Shown here: positions 1 through 9,973 of the stretch, piece after piece | Numbering within the stretch: the stretch's first letter is position 1 | Layout: each line of letters starts with the position of its first letter | Assembly (NCBI GenBank): GCA_903840265.1 | Contig: CAIMFH010000187.1 | Coordinates: 12,554 to 76,553, forward strand | Source: an uncultured Schlesneria sp. | GTDB taxonomy: Bacteria; Planctomycetota; Planctomycetia; Planctomycetales; Planctomycetaceae | Length of the DNA stretch: 64,000 nucleotides | Reading direction: 5' to 3' | Notes under the pieces: generated by a model | The model's input: only the letters and a program-made list of their open reading frames with translations | Database searches by the model: none | Told to the model about the DNA's origin: nothing | Program-made: the position numbers and the translations under genes

Positions 1-70
1 ATCGAATCCATTAGACTGCGGCACTCTTAAAGCGAAGCAGCCACATCAGTGGAAAGGATCGACACATACC

Positions 71-685
71 ATGAGAAGCGAATTTGAAGGATCTCCCAAA
101 TCGTGGCCTCCCCTGGGCCTCCCCATTGGAAGCGTCCGGGCTCTATTGACCCTGATCGTGCTGGCCGTCGTTGTGACACGATTGGCGCGAGGCCTGGAAG
201 TGGAAGCCCTATGGGTGCAAACACTCCTGATCGCCCTCGCACATTACTTCACGTCGCGTCGATTTGTCTCGTTGCCGCCAGACGTGATGGTCCGCCTGGA
301 AGAAGAAGGAATCCTCGAACCGGAACGGCACCCGCTGTTTCTACCGAAGAATTCGATTCGACTGCTGATCGTCCTGGCGTTTGCCGGACTAGCCGTTTAC
401 CTGTACCGTGAAAATCAGTTCCATGCGGGTCATCCGGCCGTGCAACTCGTCGGAGTCGTGTCTGCTTACCTGCTCGGGGCTGTTGCACGCACAATCGGTG
501 GTTGGATCAATCGCCGACGCGCAACTCCACCGACGGGAACCTGGGGCGACATTAAAGCGATGACGGTCCTGGTGGTGCTGGTTCTCGCCGCGATTCCGGA
601 GTTCCTGAATATGCAACTCAACCTGCCGCCGGTCTTTCACCAAATCGCGCTGGCCATGATGCTGTTCTACTATGGCTCGCGATAA
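71..685 (+). CDS. Hypothetical multi-pass membrane protein
   Basis: 204-aa ORF with several hydrophobic segments. It opens PPLGLPIGSVRALLTL and a similar half repeats at PLFLPKNSIRLLI. Confidence 0.75.
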   Translation: MRSEFEGSPKSWPPLGLPIGSVRALLTLIVLAVVVTRLARGLEVEALWVQTLLIALAHYFTSRRFVSLPPDVMVRLEEEGILEPERHPLFLPKNSIRLLIVLAFAGLAVYLYRENQFHAGHPAVQLVGVVSAYLLGAVARTIGGWINRRRATPPTGTWGDIKAMTVLVVLVLAAIPEFLNMQLNLPPVFHQIALAMMLFYYGSR

Positions 686-700
686 CGACGTAACGACAAT

Positions 701-1486
701 TCACTGGGCGATGAGTTCCACCTCATCGCCCACTTTTATTCGTCCGCTTCCCGCACCAATCAGACGAGTATTCACACTCAGCCGATAGAAGTGATTGAAC
801 CGCTCGCGAGCGGCCCACGGCGGAAGCTCGGCGGCCCGATGATCGGCAAATTCACGGGCGAACTCACGCCAGACTTCGCCCGTCTGCGGATCGCGACTCG
901 GCACCACGCACCGCTGACAGGGGTTCGTTCCGGCGAACAGCACCTCACCCACACGGAAGGGACGAACCGTATCGGCTGTGCTTCCGTAGAGTCGATCCTC
1001 CCAGAACGGATCGGCAGCATCGATCTCCAGATTCGCCCGCATTCGCAACCGCATCTGGTCCAGCGTGAGGCCGGGAAACCACGAGGCCGTGGATTCCAAC
1101 GTCTGCGTGCTCAAGAGCGTCGGCCCCGGTGCTTCGTCATCGTCCGGAAAGCCACCTTCGTCGTGCTCCACCAATGTCACGTTCGTCGAGAAATACTCGC
1201 TGAACCATCGTTCCAGTTCCGTGCGCTGCGAATCGATGTCCCATTGGATCTGAATATCATCCGCACGCTTGCGTATCGACAGCGTGCGAGACTCAACATT
1301 GAAATCACTGATCAGCAGGTGGATCAGCGGAGTCCGCTTGGAATTCATAAACTTTCCGACGGAGTCCACCAGCGCAAAGCGGCGGTCATTCTGCAGTGCC
1401 CCATTCGCCAGAACGACTGTTTCGTCCACGAATTGCGGGTCGAAAGATTTCAGCGGGTAAATCGCGATTCGACTGAGTGTAGGCAT
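701..1486 (-). CDS. MOSC-domain protein
   Basis: N-terminal LSRIAIYPLKS, DRRFAL, RMRANLEI and the conserved-Cys motif PCQRC. Start placed at ATG 1486. Confidence 0.88.
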   Translation of the reverse strand: MPTLSRIAIYPLKSFDPQFVDETVVLANGALQNDRRFALVDSVGKFMNSKRTPLIHLLISDFNVESRTLSIRKRADDIQIQWDIDSQRTELERWFSEYFSTNVTLVEHDEGGFPDDDEAPGPTLLSTQTLESTASWFPGLTLDQMRLRMRANLEIDAADPFWEDRLYGSTADTVRPFRVGEVLFAGTNPCQRCVVPSRDPQTGEVWREFAREFADHRAAELPPWAARERFNHFYRLSVNTRLIGAGSGRIKVGDEVELIAQ

Positions 1487-1513
1487 GTTCGGCTCGAAAC
1501 TTTGATTGACCAC

Positions 1514-2032
1514 TTAGGCAGGTGCGTTCAACCCAAACCGTTCGACATACCAGCCGAACAGCGTTCGAAAACAGGGAGTGAACTGCTCAGGCAAACGCTC
1601 GACCCGTTGCGACACATCCTTGAGCGGCAGGAATTCGCCTGATTCAATTTCACCGGGATCAAACGTCGGCGGATCATCGGTCCTGGTCCAGAATAATCCG
1701 CTGTGTTCGAACGAAGTCGCGGCTCCATTGGCAGGGATTACTGCCAGAAACCGGATTGGCGAGGTCAGCCCCAGTTCCTCTTCCAGTTCGCGAACCGCCG
1801 CCGTTTCGTAGTCCTCACCAGCCGCCAAATGCCCCGAGGCCGATGACGTGAACATCAATGGGCACTCGTCTTTCGTCGCCGTGCGACGATGCACCAGCAA
1901 TTCGCCACGACTGTTGAACACGAAGATATGCGATGCCCGGTGCAGCCATTTTTGGGCATGCACCTGCGACCGCGGGGCCTGTCGCAGGACGCGATCATGC
2001 TCATCGACGACATCAAACAGTTCTTCAGGCAT
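1514..2032 (-). CDS. NUDIX hydrolase (IPP isomerase type 1-like)
   Basis: Nudix box GHLAAGEDYETAAVRELEEELG, plus VDEHD..HRASHIFVFNSRGELL typical of IDI-like Nudix proteins. Confidence 0.88.
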   Translation of the reverse strand: MPEELFDVVDEHDRVLRQAPRSQVHAQKWLHRASHIFVFNSRGELLVHRRTATKDECPLMFTSSASGHLAAGEDYETAAVRELEEELGLTSPIRFLAVIPANGAATSFEHSGLFWTRTDDPPTFDPGEIESGEFLPLKDVSQRVERLPEQFTPCFRTLFGWYVERFGLNAPA

Positions 2033-2048
2033 GACGTTCGATCCGCCT

Positions 2049-5000
2049 CTACTTCTTTTCACCGTGTGCCGCCGGTCCCGCGGTGTTCTTCAATGTCGAC
2101 ATGTATTCCACCAGATCTCGCAGATCCGATTTGCTCATCTTCTTGATCAGATCTTCGGGCATCCCCGATTTGCCCACAGCACGGTCTTCGATCTTGGACT
2201 TGTCCAACACGATGACCGTTCCATCAGGACGTTGCAGGGTCACTTTCCCATTCTCTTCGGACTTGATGATTCCGGCATGAACCTGGCCATCCTCCATTTG
2301 CAGGATCGCCGTCTCAAAACCCTTCGCAATTTGACGATTGGGATCAACGATCGATTCCAGCAGGTATTCGCGTTTCCGATCCAGGGCGATTCGCGACAGG
2401 TCGGGCCCGACATCGCCACCATTCCCATCAACCTTGTGGCAGCGGCGGCAGTACACTTCAGTTCGACCAAAGAAGATTTCTTGTCCGCGTCCTGCGTTTC
2501 CGCCGAACAGCGATTCGCGATAGTTGCCCAGCGGGTCATCTGTCTTTCGCGCACCGTTGAACTCGTCGACTCGAGCCAGCATCTCTTTAGTTCCGCGAGA
2601 TTGTGCCGCCTCCAGCAGATCCAGTTGGATCGAATCGGAAACTTTGCCTCGGACCAATCGATGCAACCATTCGGACAATACTTTATCAGCATCGTCTCGC
2701 TTCACAGCTGCTAGCACCTTGATGGCCGCTTGCTGTTCGGTGATGGAATCGCCATCCATTGTTTCGCCCATCAGTTTGACGGCTCGGCCCGGATCGATTG
2801 CAACCAGCAATCGTCGAGCTTCCGCGCGAACCAGCGAATCGGCATCCATTAATGAGGCGTCAACAACGGACTTCAGGTGCGGGCTCTGCAGCGATTCTAA
2901 TGCATTCAAAGCCGCGACTCGTTCCGAACCGACATTCACAGCATCCTTGGCAATCTCGAGCAGGAAAGGCTCGACATCGCGGATGCCATACTGCCCAGCC
3001 AGTTTCGCAGCCGATTCTCGCACTTTGCGACTTCCAGCAAACATCGAAGCCAACGACGGACGAACAACCGCCGCCACGTCGATCTTTCTGGCCTCCACAG
3101 GACGGTAATCATTGGTCACGCGATCCAACTCTGTCGGCGTATTCCATTCCAGCAGTTCGCTGATTGCTTCCAGACGTAGCGATTCCTCGACGTTCGGACT
3201 GGCAGCGACAGCCGCGACCGCGCCAGCATTGTCGGCCGTCCCGCCACGATAATTGGCATTCAGAACACGACGCAATAACGGATCAACAAGGCCAGGTTGA
3301 GTGATCATCTTCGCCAAGGCGGGCATCGCGTCAGCAATGGGCACGTCATGAATGGCCCGGCCCGCCTCCAGCACGACCAGCGGCTCTGGATCATTCAGGA
3401 ACTCGGCAAGTCCCTGATCTTTGTGACGCCGCAGGGCCAGGACAGCCCCCATTCGCTCGGCGGATGTAGGACGCTTGCGCGCATCGCGCAATGTTTCCAG
3501 ATCCGCAGCACCAACCAATCCCATCACCGCCGCATGTCGCAAGGTTGCGTCTTTGTCCGCGTTTTCCGCCAGCAATTCAAACAACGCTCCAATAGCCGAC
3601 TTGGCCTTTAAATTTCCAATCGCGATCGCGGCGAGTGAACGGACCCGCAGATCGGGGTCCTTCAACAGCTTCGTCAGCATCGCTTCACTGGCCGCAAATT
3701 TGGCGTCTCCGCAAATCCGGGCGAGTTGAGCTCGCACCTCATGATGAGGATCGTCGGCCAGCGACAAGACGGGCGTCAGCGCCTCGGGATTGCCGCGAGC
3801 CAGTTGCCCCAATCCCCACAGGCCATGCACACGAGCGAAAGGGAGCGGGTTCGACTTCGCAGCCTCGACTAATTCCGCAACGGCCTTCTGATCAACCAGC
3901 GCAAACTGAGCCCGTTGGCGAATGCGATAATCGGGATGACTCAGCAAGTGCGACAATTCCTGAGGACTGCGCTGGGCAAACCCCTCCTTCATCAATCGAG
4001 TCACTTCGGCCACCACCGGGGACTTGCCATGCAGTTCGTCACGGAACCGATACAGCCGTCCTTTGCCAGCCCCTTCCCAGCCATCCACCCAGTCGGCGAC
4101 ATAGACGCCTCCATCAAAACCAAAATCCACGTCCGTCGCGAGGATCGACCAGATGAACTCCTGGGAATCCACCAGTTCAAACGAAGCTCCCTTTGGAATC
4201 ATCGCAAAACTACGAATCCCGCTGTTGGCCGGTGAGCCACGGAAGTCGGCCAGGAAGAAGTGACCGCGATACTTTTCATCCAGTCCAGTCCCAGGGTAGT
4301 ACGCCAGTCCGGAAGGTCCATCGGCGATGTTGATGATCGGCGGGACGATGTAAGCCGCTTGTCCAGGATGAGCAGGATACCAGAGCTTCTCGCGATTCCA
4401 GGGACCGCGATCCTGCGGGTACTGGTAATACATCCTCCAACCCGAGTCAGACCCTTCAACGATGTAAGTCCAGCGCGCTCGATCGCCACCGTCCGAGTTG
4501 TTGTCACCCGTGAACAGATTGCCGAAATCATCGAATGCCAGCTCTTGTGGGTTCCGCAAACCAGTGGCAAAGACCTCTAGATCCGACCCATCCAGGTTGC
4601 AGCGGAAGACGGCCCCTTGATCGGGATTGATCAGGCGACCATGCGGCGTCTGCACGTTGTAACCGCGATCGCCGATACTGAAGTACAACCGACCATCAGG
4701 GCCAACGATCAGCCCATGCATATCGTGACCACGAAACGCGACTCGAACTCCAAATCCGTCGTACAGCGGAACCCGCGTATCCGCTCGACCGTCGCCATTC
4801 TCATCCGTCATCATCCATAGCTTGGGGATACAGGTGTAGAACACCTTGCCGTTGATCGCGAGCACACCCGCCCCCGTTCCCTCTTCAATCGCATTGAAGC
4901 CATCCGCGAACACCGTCGATTTGTCAGCGCGGCCGTCGCCATCAACATCTTCGAGTAGCCTGATCCGATCGTGCTCCAGCGTGTATTTTTTGACATCGTC

Positions 5001-5366
5001 CTTCAAATACTTCTTAAAAAACGCAATGCGATCTTCGACCGTTTGAGCCTTTAAGTCGTCGATCAACCAGTCCTTGTGGAAGCGATTGTCTTCCACACCT
5101 TTCTGCTGACGATACGTCTCGGCGACATAGACGCGGCCTCGCTCGTCGATGCAAAACGCGACCGGATTCGCCATCAGCGGCTCGGCCGCGAACAACTCAG
5201 TCTTCATGCCGGTGGGAATGCGGAACCGTGCGATGGTCCGTTCCCCCTCGTCAGACTTCGGTGCCAACTTCGGTTCGTATTCCTGAGCGGATGCCGTGAC
5301 ACTCGAAAAACTGATCAGGCCAATCAGCAAAAGCTGCCGGAGTGTGAAAGATCTCAAAGAATCCAC
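2049..5366 (-). CDS. PVC-type heme-binding protein (dehydrogenase-like beta-propeller, HEAT repeats, C-terminal cytochrome c)
   Basis: Signal peptide, LFAAEPLMANPVAFCIDERGRVYVAET, GLRNPQELAFDDFGNLFTGDN, HEAT-like repeats and CRRCH..GPDLS heme motif. Confidence 0.9.
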   Translation of the reverse strand: MDSLRSFTLRQLLLIGLISFSSVTASAQEYEPKLAPKSDEGERTIARFRIPTGMKTELFAAEPLMANPVAFCIDERGRVYVAETYRQQKGVEDNRFHKDWLIDDLKAQTVEDRIAFFKKYLKDDVKKYTLEHDRIRLLEDVDGDGRADKSTVFADGFNAIEEGTGAGVLAINGKVFYTCIPKLWMMTDENGDGRADTRVPLYDGFGVRVAFRGHDMHGLIVGPDGRLYFSIGDRGYNVQTPHGRLINPDQGAVFRCNLDGSDLEVFATGLRNPQELAFDDFGNLFTGDNNSDGGDRARWTYIVEGSDSGWRMYYQYPQDRGPWNREKLWYPAHPGQAAYIVPPIINIADGPSGLAYYPGTGLDEKYRGHFFLADFRGSPANSGIRSFAMIPKGASFELVDSQEFIWSILATDVDFGFDGGVYVADWVDGWEGAGKGRLYRFRDELHGKSPVVAEVTRLMKEGFAQRSPQELSHLLSHPDYRIRQRAQFALVDQKAVAELVEAAKSNPLPFARVHGLWGLGQLARGNPEALTPVLSLADDPHHEVRAQLARICGDAKFAASEAMLTKLLKDPDLRVRSLAAIAIGNLKAKSAIGALFELLAENADKDATLRHAAVMGLVGAADLETLRDARKRPTSAERMGAVLALRRHKDQGLAEFLNDPEPLVVLEAGRAIHDVPIADAMPALAKMITQPGLVDPLLRRVLNANYRGGTADNAGAVAAVAASPNVEESLRLEAISELLEWNTPTELDRVTNDYRPVEARKIDVAAVVRPSLASMFAGSRKVRESAAKLAGQYGIRDVEPFLLEIAKDAVNVGSERVAALNALESLQSPHLKSVVDASLMDADSLVRAEARRLLVAIDPGRAVKLMGETMDGDSITEQQAAIKVLAAVKRDDADKVLSEWLHRLVRGKVSDSIQLDLLEAAQSRGTKEMLARVDEFNGARKTDDPLGNYRESLFGGNAGRGQEIFFGRTEVYCRRCHKVDGNGGDVGPDLSRIALDRKREYLLESIVDPNRQIAKGFETAILQMEDGQVHAGIIKSEENGKVTLQRPDGTVIVLDKSKIEDRAVGKSGMPEDLIKKMSKSDLRDLVEYMSTLKNTAGPAAHGEKK

Positions 5367-5684
5367 TGTATTTCCTTGGTAGACAGCTCGGCATTACGTG
5401 ATTTTGCGATTTTATCCTGCGCGGTCTCCCCCGACGACCTTCGTTCGCAGAACATTTAGGTGAAATGGCTCGATTTGCAGTGAAGTGCGCAACTCGCAAC
5501 AGAAGGTGTAGCATGCCCACTCAAATCAAATTCCCACCTCTTCACAGTGGCCACAAAATTACAATCCCCGTTAACCATTAATTCACAATCACTTACGACT
5601 CAATCCACTCCAGACCCTTGCCCGGGGCTTGATACTTGCGTAGAGGCGTAACGGGACGTGATTCACTTCAAGGAGGATACAACC

Positions 5685-5879
5685 ATGTTAGTACTGACCC
5701 GCGGTTTGAAACAGCAGATCTTGATCGATGGTGGGCTGATCACAGTCACCGTGCTCGATATTCATGGTGGCCGAGTGCGACTCGGTATCGAAGCCCCGTC
5801 GGATGTCGCTGTGCGACGTAAAGAACTGATCCAGGGAATCCCGCAACCTGATGCAGTAATTAGTGTTGTACACGACTAA
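5685..5879 (+). CDS. csrA: Carbon storage regulator CsrA/RsmA family protein
   Basis: MLVLTR..ITVTVLDIHGGRVRLGIEAPSDVAVRRKEL. AAGGAGG RBS lies upstream of ATG 5685. Confidence 0.88.
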   Translation: MLVLTRGLKQQILIDGGLITVTVLDIHGGRVRLGIEAPSDVAVRRKELIQGIPQPDAVISVVHD

Positions 5880-6153
5880 GTCTTCGAGATTTCCCACAGA
5901 ACTCGCTTTGGATCGCCGTCGCGTGGACGCTTGCGCCCGTGTTTTCGGCGTCGCTGAACCTCGCGTTGCTGTCGGCTCATCTGTCTAAACATTGGTGCTC
6001 CACAAACGAATCCCACGTTGATATTCTCTAGCAATCAAACGTGGAGTGCCTAAGGGTGATCGTAAAGGTCGTGTTTCACCCTCGCGATGCGTTCGCATCC
6101 GTCTGGCAGATCTCAGTTTTCTTCGACGCACATCTGGCGAGGGAGTTTGGGGA

Positions 6154-7437
6154 ATGCGAAATGTTCTGTCGGTGATTCTGGGCGGTGGTAAGGGAACACG
6201 GTTGTTTCCGTTAACCCAGTACCGATCAAAGCCGGCCGTTCCGCTGGCGGGCAAATATCGGATCATCGACATTCCGATTTCCAACTGCCTGAACAGCGGG
6301 ATGAATCGCATCTACCTGCTGACCCAATTCAACTCCGTCAGCCTTCATCGCCATATCCGACAGACCTATCGGTTCGATCGTTTCGACGGTGGCTTCGTCG
6401 AAATCCTCGCTGCCCAGCAGACGATGGAAGGTGAAACCTGGTACCAGGGTACTGCCGATGCCGTCCGCAAGAACCTGAACAATCTGCGTGACAAGAACAT
6501 CGACTACTACCTGATCCTGTCCGGCGATCAACTCTATCGTATGGACTATCGCGAACTCCTCGAGACTCATCAAAAGACGGGCGCCGATGTCACGATCGCG
6601 GCGATCCCCGTCACGCGAGAAGCAGCGCGCGGTTTCGGCATCATGCGAGTCGACGATTCCGGTCGAGTACTGGGTTTCCTGGAAAAGCCTCAGACCGATA
6701 AAGAAATTGATGAGCTCGTCCGCACCGATCCTGCCTGGATCGATGCTCGCGGCATTGAAAGCAAGGGCCGCGATTGCCTCGGCAATATGGGGATCTACCT
6801 CTTTAATCGCGATGTGCTGATCGACCTGTTGATGAAAAGCGACTATCAGGACTTCGGTAAAGAAGTCTTCCCGATGTCGATCCGAACGCACAACGTTCAA
6901 GCTCACTTGTTCGACGGATACTGGGAAGACATTGGAACCGTTCGATCGTTCTATGAAGCGAACCTCGAACTGACCCGACCCGACGCTCCATTCAAGCTGG
7001 AGAATCAGGAAGCCCCAGTCTTCACGCATGCCCGATTCCTGCCGCCAACGCGTCTGGATGGAGTGCATGTGAAGAGTAGTCTGATATCCGATGGCTGCGT
7101 GATCGGAGAAGGGGCCGTGATCGAAAACTCGGTCGTCGGACATCGCTGCAAGATTGGCAAGAACGTCCGAATTTCGAACTCGATCCTCATGGGAGCCGAC
7201 TTCTACCAGTCCGCCGAGGAACTGGCCGAAGAGAAGGCACAAGGCTTGCCTCCGATCGGCATCGGCGACGGCAGCGTCGTCGACGGAGTGATCGTCGACA
7301 AGAACTGCCGCATCGGACACGGCGTTCACGTCAGCAACGCTCACCCGTTGTCGGCCGGTAATACCGATGTCGTCGTGGCGGATGGCATCATCATTGTTCC
7401 CAAGGGAACGATGCTGCCCGACAAATGGAAATCGTAG
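6154..7437 (+). CDS. glgC: Glucose-1-phosphate adenylyltransferase
   Basis: ILGGGKGTRLFPLT..RSKPAVPLAGKYRIIDIPISNC, WYQGTADAVR, DFGKE, YWEDIGT. Confidence 0.97.
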   Translation: MRNVLSVILGGGKGTRLFPLTQYRSKPAVPLAGKYRIIDIPISNCLNSGMNRIYLLTQFNSVSLHRHIRQTYRFDRFDGGFVEILAAQQTMEGETWYQGTADAVRKNLNNLRDKNIDYYLILSGDQLYRMDYRELLETHQKTGADVTIAAIPVTREAARGFGIMRVDDSGRVLGFLEKPQTDKEIDELVRTDPAWIDARGIESKGRDCLGNMGIYLFNRDVLIDLLMKSDYQDFGKEVFPMSIRTHNVQAHLFDGYWEDIGTVRSFYEANLELTRPDAPFKLENQEAPVFTHARFLPPTRLDGVHVKSSLISDGCVIGEGAVIENSVVGHRCKIGKNVRISNSILMGADFYQSAEELAEEKAQGLPPIGIGDGSVVDGVIVDKNCRIGHGVHVSNAHPLSAGNTDVVVADGIIIVPKGTMLPDKWKS

Positions 7438-7466
7438 AAGCTCGCGACTGCGAATTTGACACCACC

Positions 7467-7508
7467 GCAGGCCGACTGTCATTCCAGACAGCCGGCCTGC
7501 TTCATTTT
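7467..7508 (+). terminator. Intrinsic terminator-like hairpin after glgC
   Basis: GCAGGCCG-A-CTGTC loop GACAG-C-CGGCCTGC followed by TTCATTTT. Confidence 0.65.
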
Positions 7509-7604
7509 CCGAGTCGATGATTTCCATCCTTGACTCGCGAATTCCACGCGCTCAAATGGTAACCTGCCCGCACAAAACCATTTCACTCACCACGCAGGTC
7601 CGCC

Positions 7605-9158
7605 ATGAGAAACTTCCTGATTGCATGCAGCTTTCTGGCGCTCAGCTATTCATCGCTCGGAGCGCAGCAGTCGACTGAACCGACGGCGAAATCCTTGGCG
7701 CTTCCTCGAAGCACTCCGGAAGAGCAGGGCGTTTCGTCGGCCGACGTGCTGGCGTTCGTCGAAGCGGCCAATGAAATCGATGCGATGCACAGCTTCATGC
7801 TGGTGCGACACGGCAAAGTCATCGCCGAAGGCTGGTGGACGCCCTACGATGCCGAGACGCCCCACATTTTCTTTTCGCTCAGTAAAAGCTTCACCTCCAC
7901 AGCGGTGGGACTGGCCGTGGCGGAAGGCAAGCTCAGTGTCGACGAAGAAGTCCTGAAGTTCTTTCCAGACGAAGCTCCGGCAGAGCCATCCGCCAATCTG
8001 AAATCGATGCGAGTCCGTGACCTCTTGCGCATGCAGACAGGCCATCAATCAGAACTCGCTCTCTGGCGCGACGACCCCGCCACTAAATCCAGCGACACTC
8101 TGACCAAGCGATTCCTCGCCCATCCCGTCCCGTTCAAGCCAGGCACGCACTTCCTTTACAATTCGCCTGCGACATACATGCAGTCGGCCATCGTGCAGAA
8201 AGTCACAGGCATGCCCGTACTCGAATACCTGCGATCACGACTGTTCGAGCCCCTCGGCTATGACAATCCCAGTTGGATCGCCAGCCCTCAAGGCGTGTCA
8301 GTCGGGGCGTTCGGCTTGATGGGGCGGACCGAAGATATCGCGAAGTTCGGGCAGCTCTACCTCCAGAAAGGAAACTGGAACGGCAAACAACTGATCCCCG
8401 CCGCCTGGGTCACCGAAGCGACATCGCTGCAGACTTCCAACGGCTCATCGCCTAAGAGCGATTGGGACCAGGGATATGGCTACCAGTTCTGGCGTTCACG
8501 GCACAATTCCTTCCGAGGTGACGGAGCCTTCGGCCAATACTGCCTCGTCTTGCCCGATCAAGATGCCGTCGTGGCGATCACCAGCGGTGTGCGCGACATG
8601 CAACGAGTCATGAACCTGGTCTGGGATAAATTGCTGCCAGCCATGAAACCAAAAGCACTCGCAGCCGACGCCGAATCCCATCGCAATCTGCAAACGAAGC
8701 TGACCGGATTGACGATGCGAGCCCCAGTGGGCAAACCAACCGTTGCCCTGGCGGAGGAGATCTCCGGCCAGTGGTTTGAATTCCCCGAAAACGATCGAAG
8801 CATCCAGGCGATCTCGCTGGATATCAAACCAAATTCACAGACGCTCGTCGTGCGCACGGCTGGCGGAGAATCGCGAACGCCGATCGGGGCCGGCACGTGG
8901 TCGAAGAATCCCCAAGGGTTCGCGAACGGACTCGAAAAGTTCCTCAGCGTCCCCGCCCAACCCGTCATCGCAGCCAGTGGGGCTTGGACTTCCGACGATG
9001 TCTTCACCGTGAAGCTCGTCCCGTATCAGACACCGTTCTACTCGACCCTGTCCCTGCGATTCGATGGTGATCGCCTGCTGTTCGATTCCGAACACAACGT
9101 CGCCTTCGGCCCCACCAAATTGCCACAGCTAATCGGTAAGGCCAGCACGGCGAAGTAA
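7605..9158 (+). CDS. Serine hydrolase, beta-lactamase-like family, secreted
   Basis: Signal peptide, SxxK motif (SLSKS), PGTHFLYNS, YGYQFW and FRGDGAFGQ. Confidence 0.9.
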   Translation: MRNFLIACSFLALSYSSLGAQQSTEPTAKSLALPRSTPEEQGVSSADVLAFVEAANEIDAMHSFMLVRHGKVIAEGWWTPYDAETPHIFFSLSKSFTSTAVGLAVAEGKLSVDEEVLKFFPDEAPAEPSANLKSMRVRDLLRMQTGHQSELALWRDDPATKSSDTLTKRFLAHPVPFKPGTHFLYNSPATYMQSAIVQKVTGMPVLEYLRSRLFEPLGYDNPSWIASPQGVSVGAFGLMGRTEDIAKFGQLYLQKGNWNGKQLIPAAWVTEATSLQTSNGSSPKSDWDQGYGYQFWRSRHNSFRGDGAFGQYCLVLPDQDAVVAITSGVRDMQRVMNLVWDKLLPAMKPKALAADAESHRNLQTKLTGLTMRAPVGKPTVALAEEISGQWFEFPENDRSIQAISLDIKPNSQTLVVRTAGGESRTPIGAGTWSKNPQGFANGLEKFLSVPAQPVIAASGAWTSDDVFTVKLVPYQTPFYSTLSLRFDGDRLLFDSEHNVAFGPTKLPQLIGKASTAK

Positions 9159-9191
9159 TCGCTACTGGCCTTCAACCCGAAGTGAACAGGA

Positions 9192-9773
9192 TCAGCGCGA
9201 CGAAGTTGGCTTGAGCAACTCATCGCGCATCGACACGTCCATCGGCTTCTTGCCGAACCAGATTGTGAAGTACGCGGCCGCAAAATCGGCCCCGGGGACG
9301 ACTCCCTTTTTCTTGCCGTTTAACGCCAATTCCGTTCCCGCGCCCGGGATGTAGGTCAGCGAATATCGATCGCCTGCTTTCACGTCTTCGTAGAACGAAT
9401 TCATCAGATCGATCTTCTCTCGAAGGGCCGTCATCTTTGCGGCAGAAAGATTTTGCACCAGCAACTTATCAGAAGCGGTCACAATATCTTTCCCCGACAA
9501 ACTCCAGAAATAATGCAGTTCCAGCCGCTTGGGGACATCATTAAAGAGGTCCGCTGGCTTGGCCTTTTCGCCAAGGTACAACCCAGCGACCATCGCCTTG
9601 ATCACGATCTGATATCGAACCAGCGTGACGTTGTTCAGCACAAACCGAGTCTCACCGATCTTGCATTCATCTCTAAACGTAACCCCTTCAATCTGAGCTC
9701 CGTCCAGGGTGCCCGGTATCCCGGCAGTCATCATCACATAGCAAGCCAGCAAGACGGCCAAACAACGTTTCAT
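9192..9773 (-). CDS. Chalcone isomerase-like family protein
   Basis: Signal peptide, KAMVAGLYL, KRLELHY, VKAGDRYSLTYIPG and DFAAAYFTIWFG. Confidence 0.8.
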   Translation of the reverse strand: MKRCLAVLLACYVMMTAGIPGTLDGAQIEGVTFRDECKIGETRFVLNNVTLVRYQIVIKAMVAGLYLGEKAKPADLFNDVPKRLELHYFWSLSGKDIVTASDKLLVQNLSAAKMTALREKIDLMNSFYEDVKAGDRYSLTYIPGAGTELALNGKKKGVVPGADFAAAYFTIWFGKKPMDVSMRDELLKPTSSR

Positions 9774-9973
9774 TGCGAATCCCTTCACAGTGATTTGGCG
9801 GCGGTCCCGGGAAGCTCACCGAGTGGAGCTGCCCCCAACGCATCGACCAACCGTTAAGGTTTTTCCCAGAACATCAGAATTCCGTCTGTATGAAATCTTA
9901 CACAACGGACCGACAGGATCCGTCATCTAAGTCAGAACGTGACTCCACTGAGCCGTTTGGCCCGTTGCCAATC

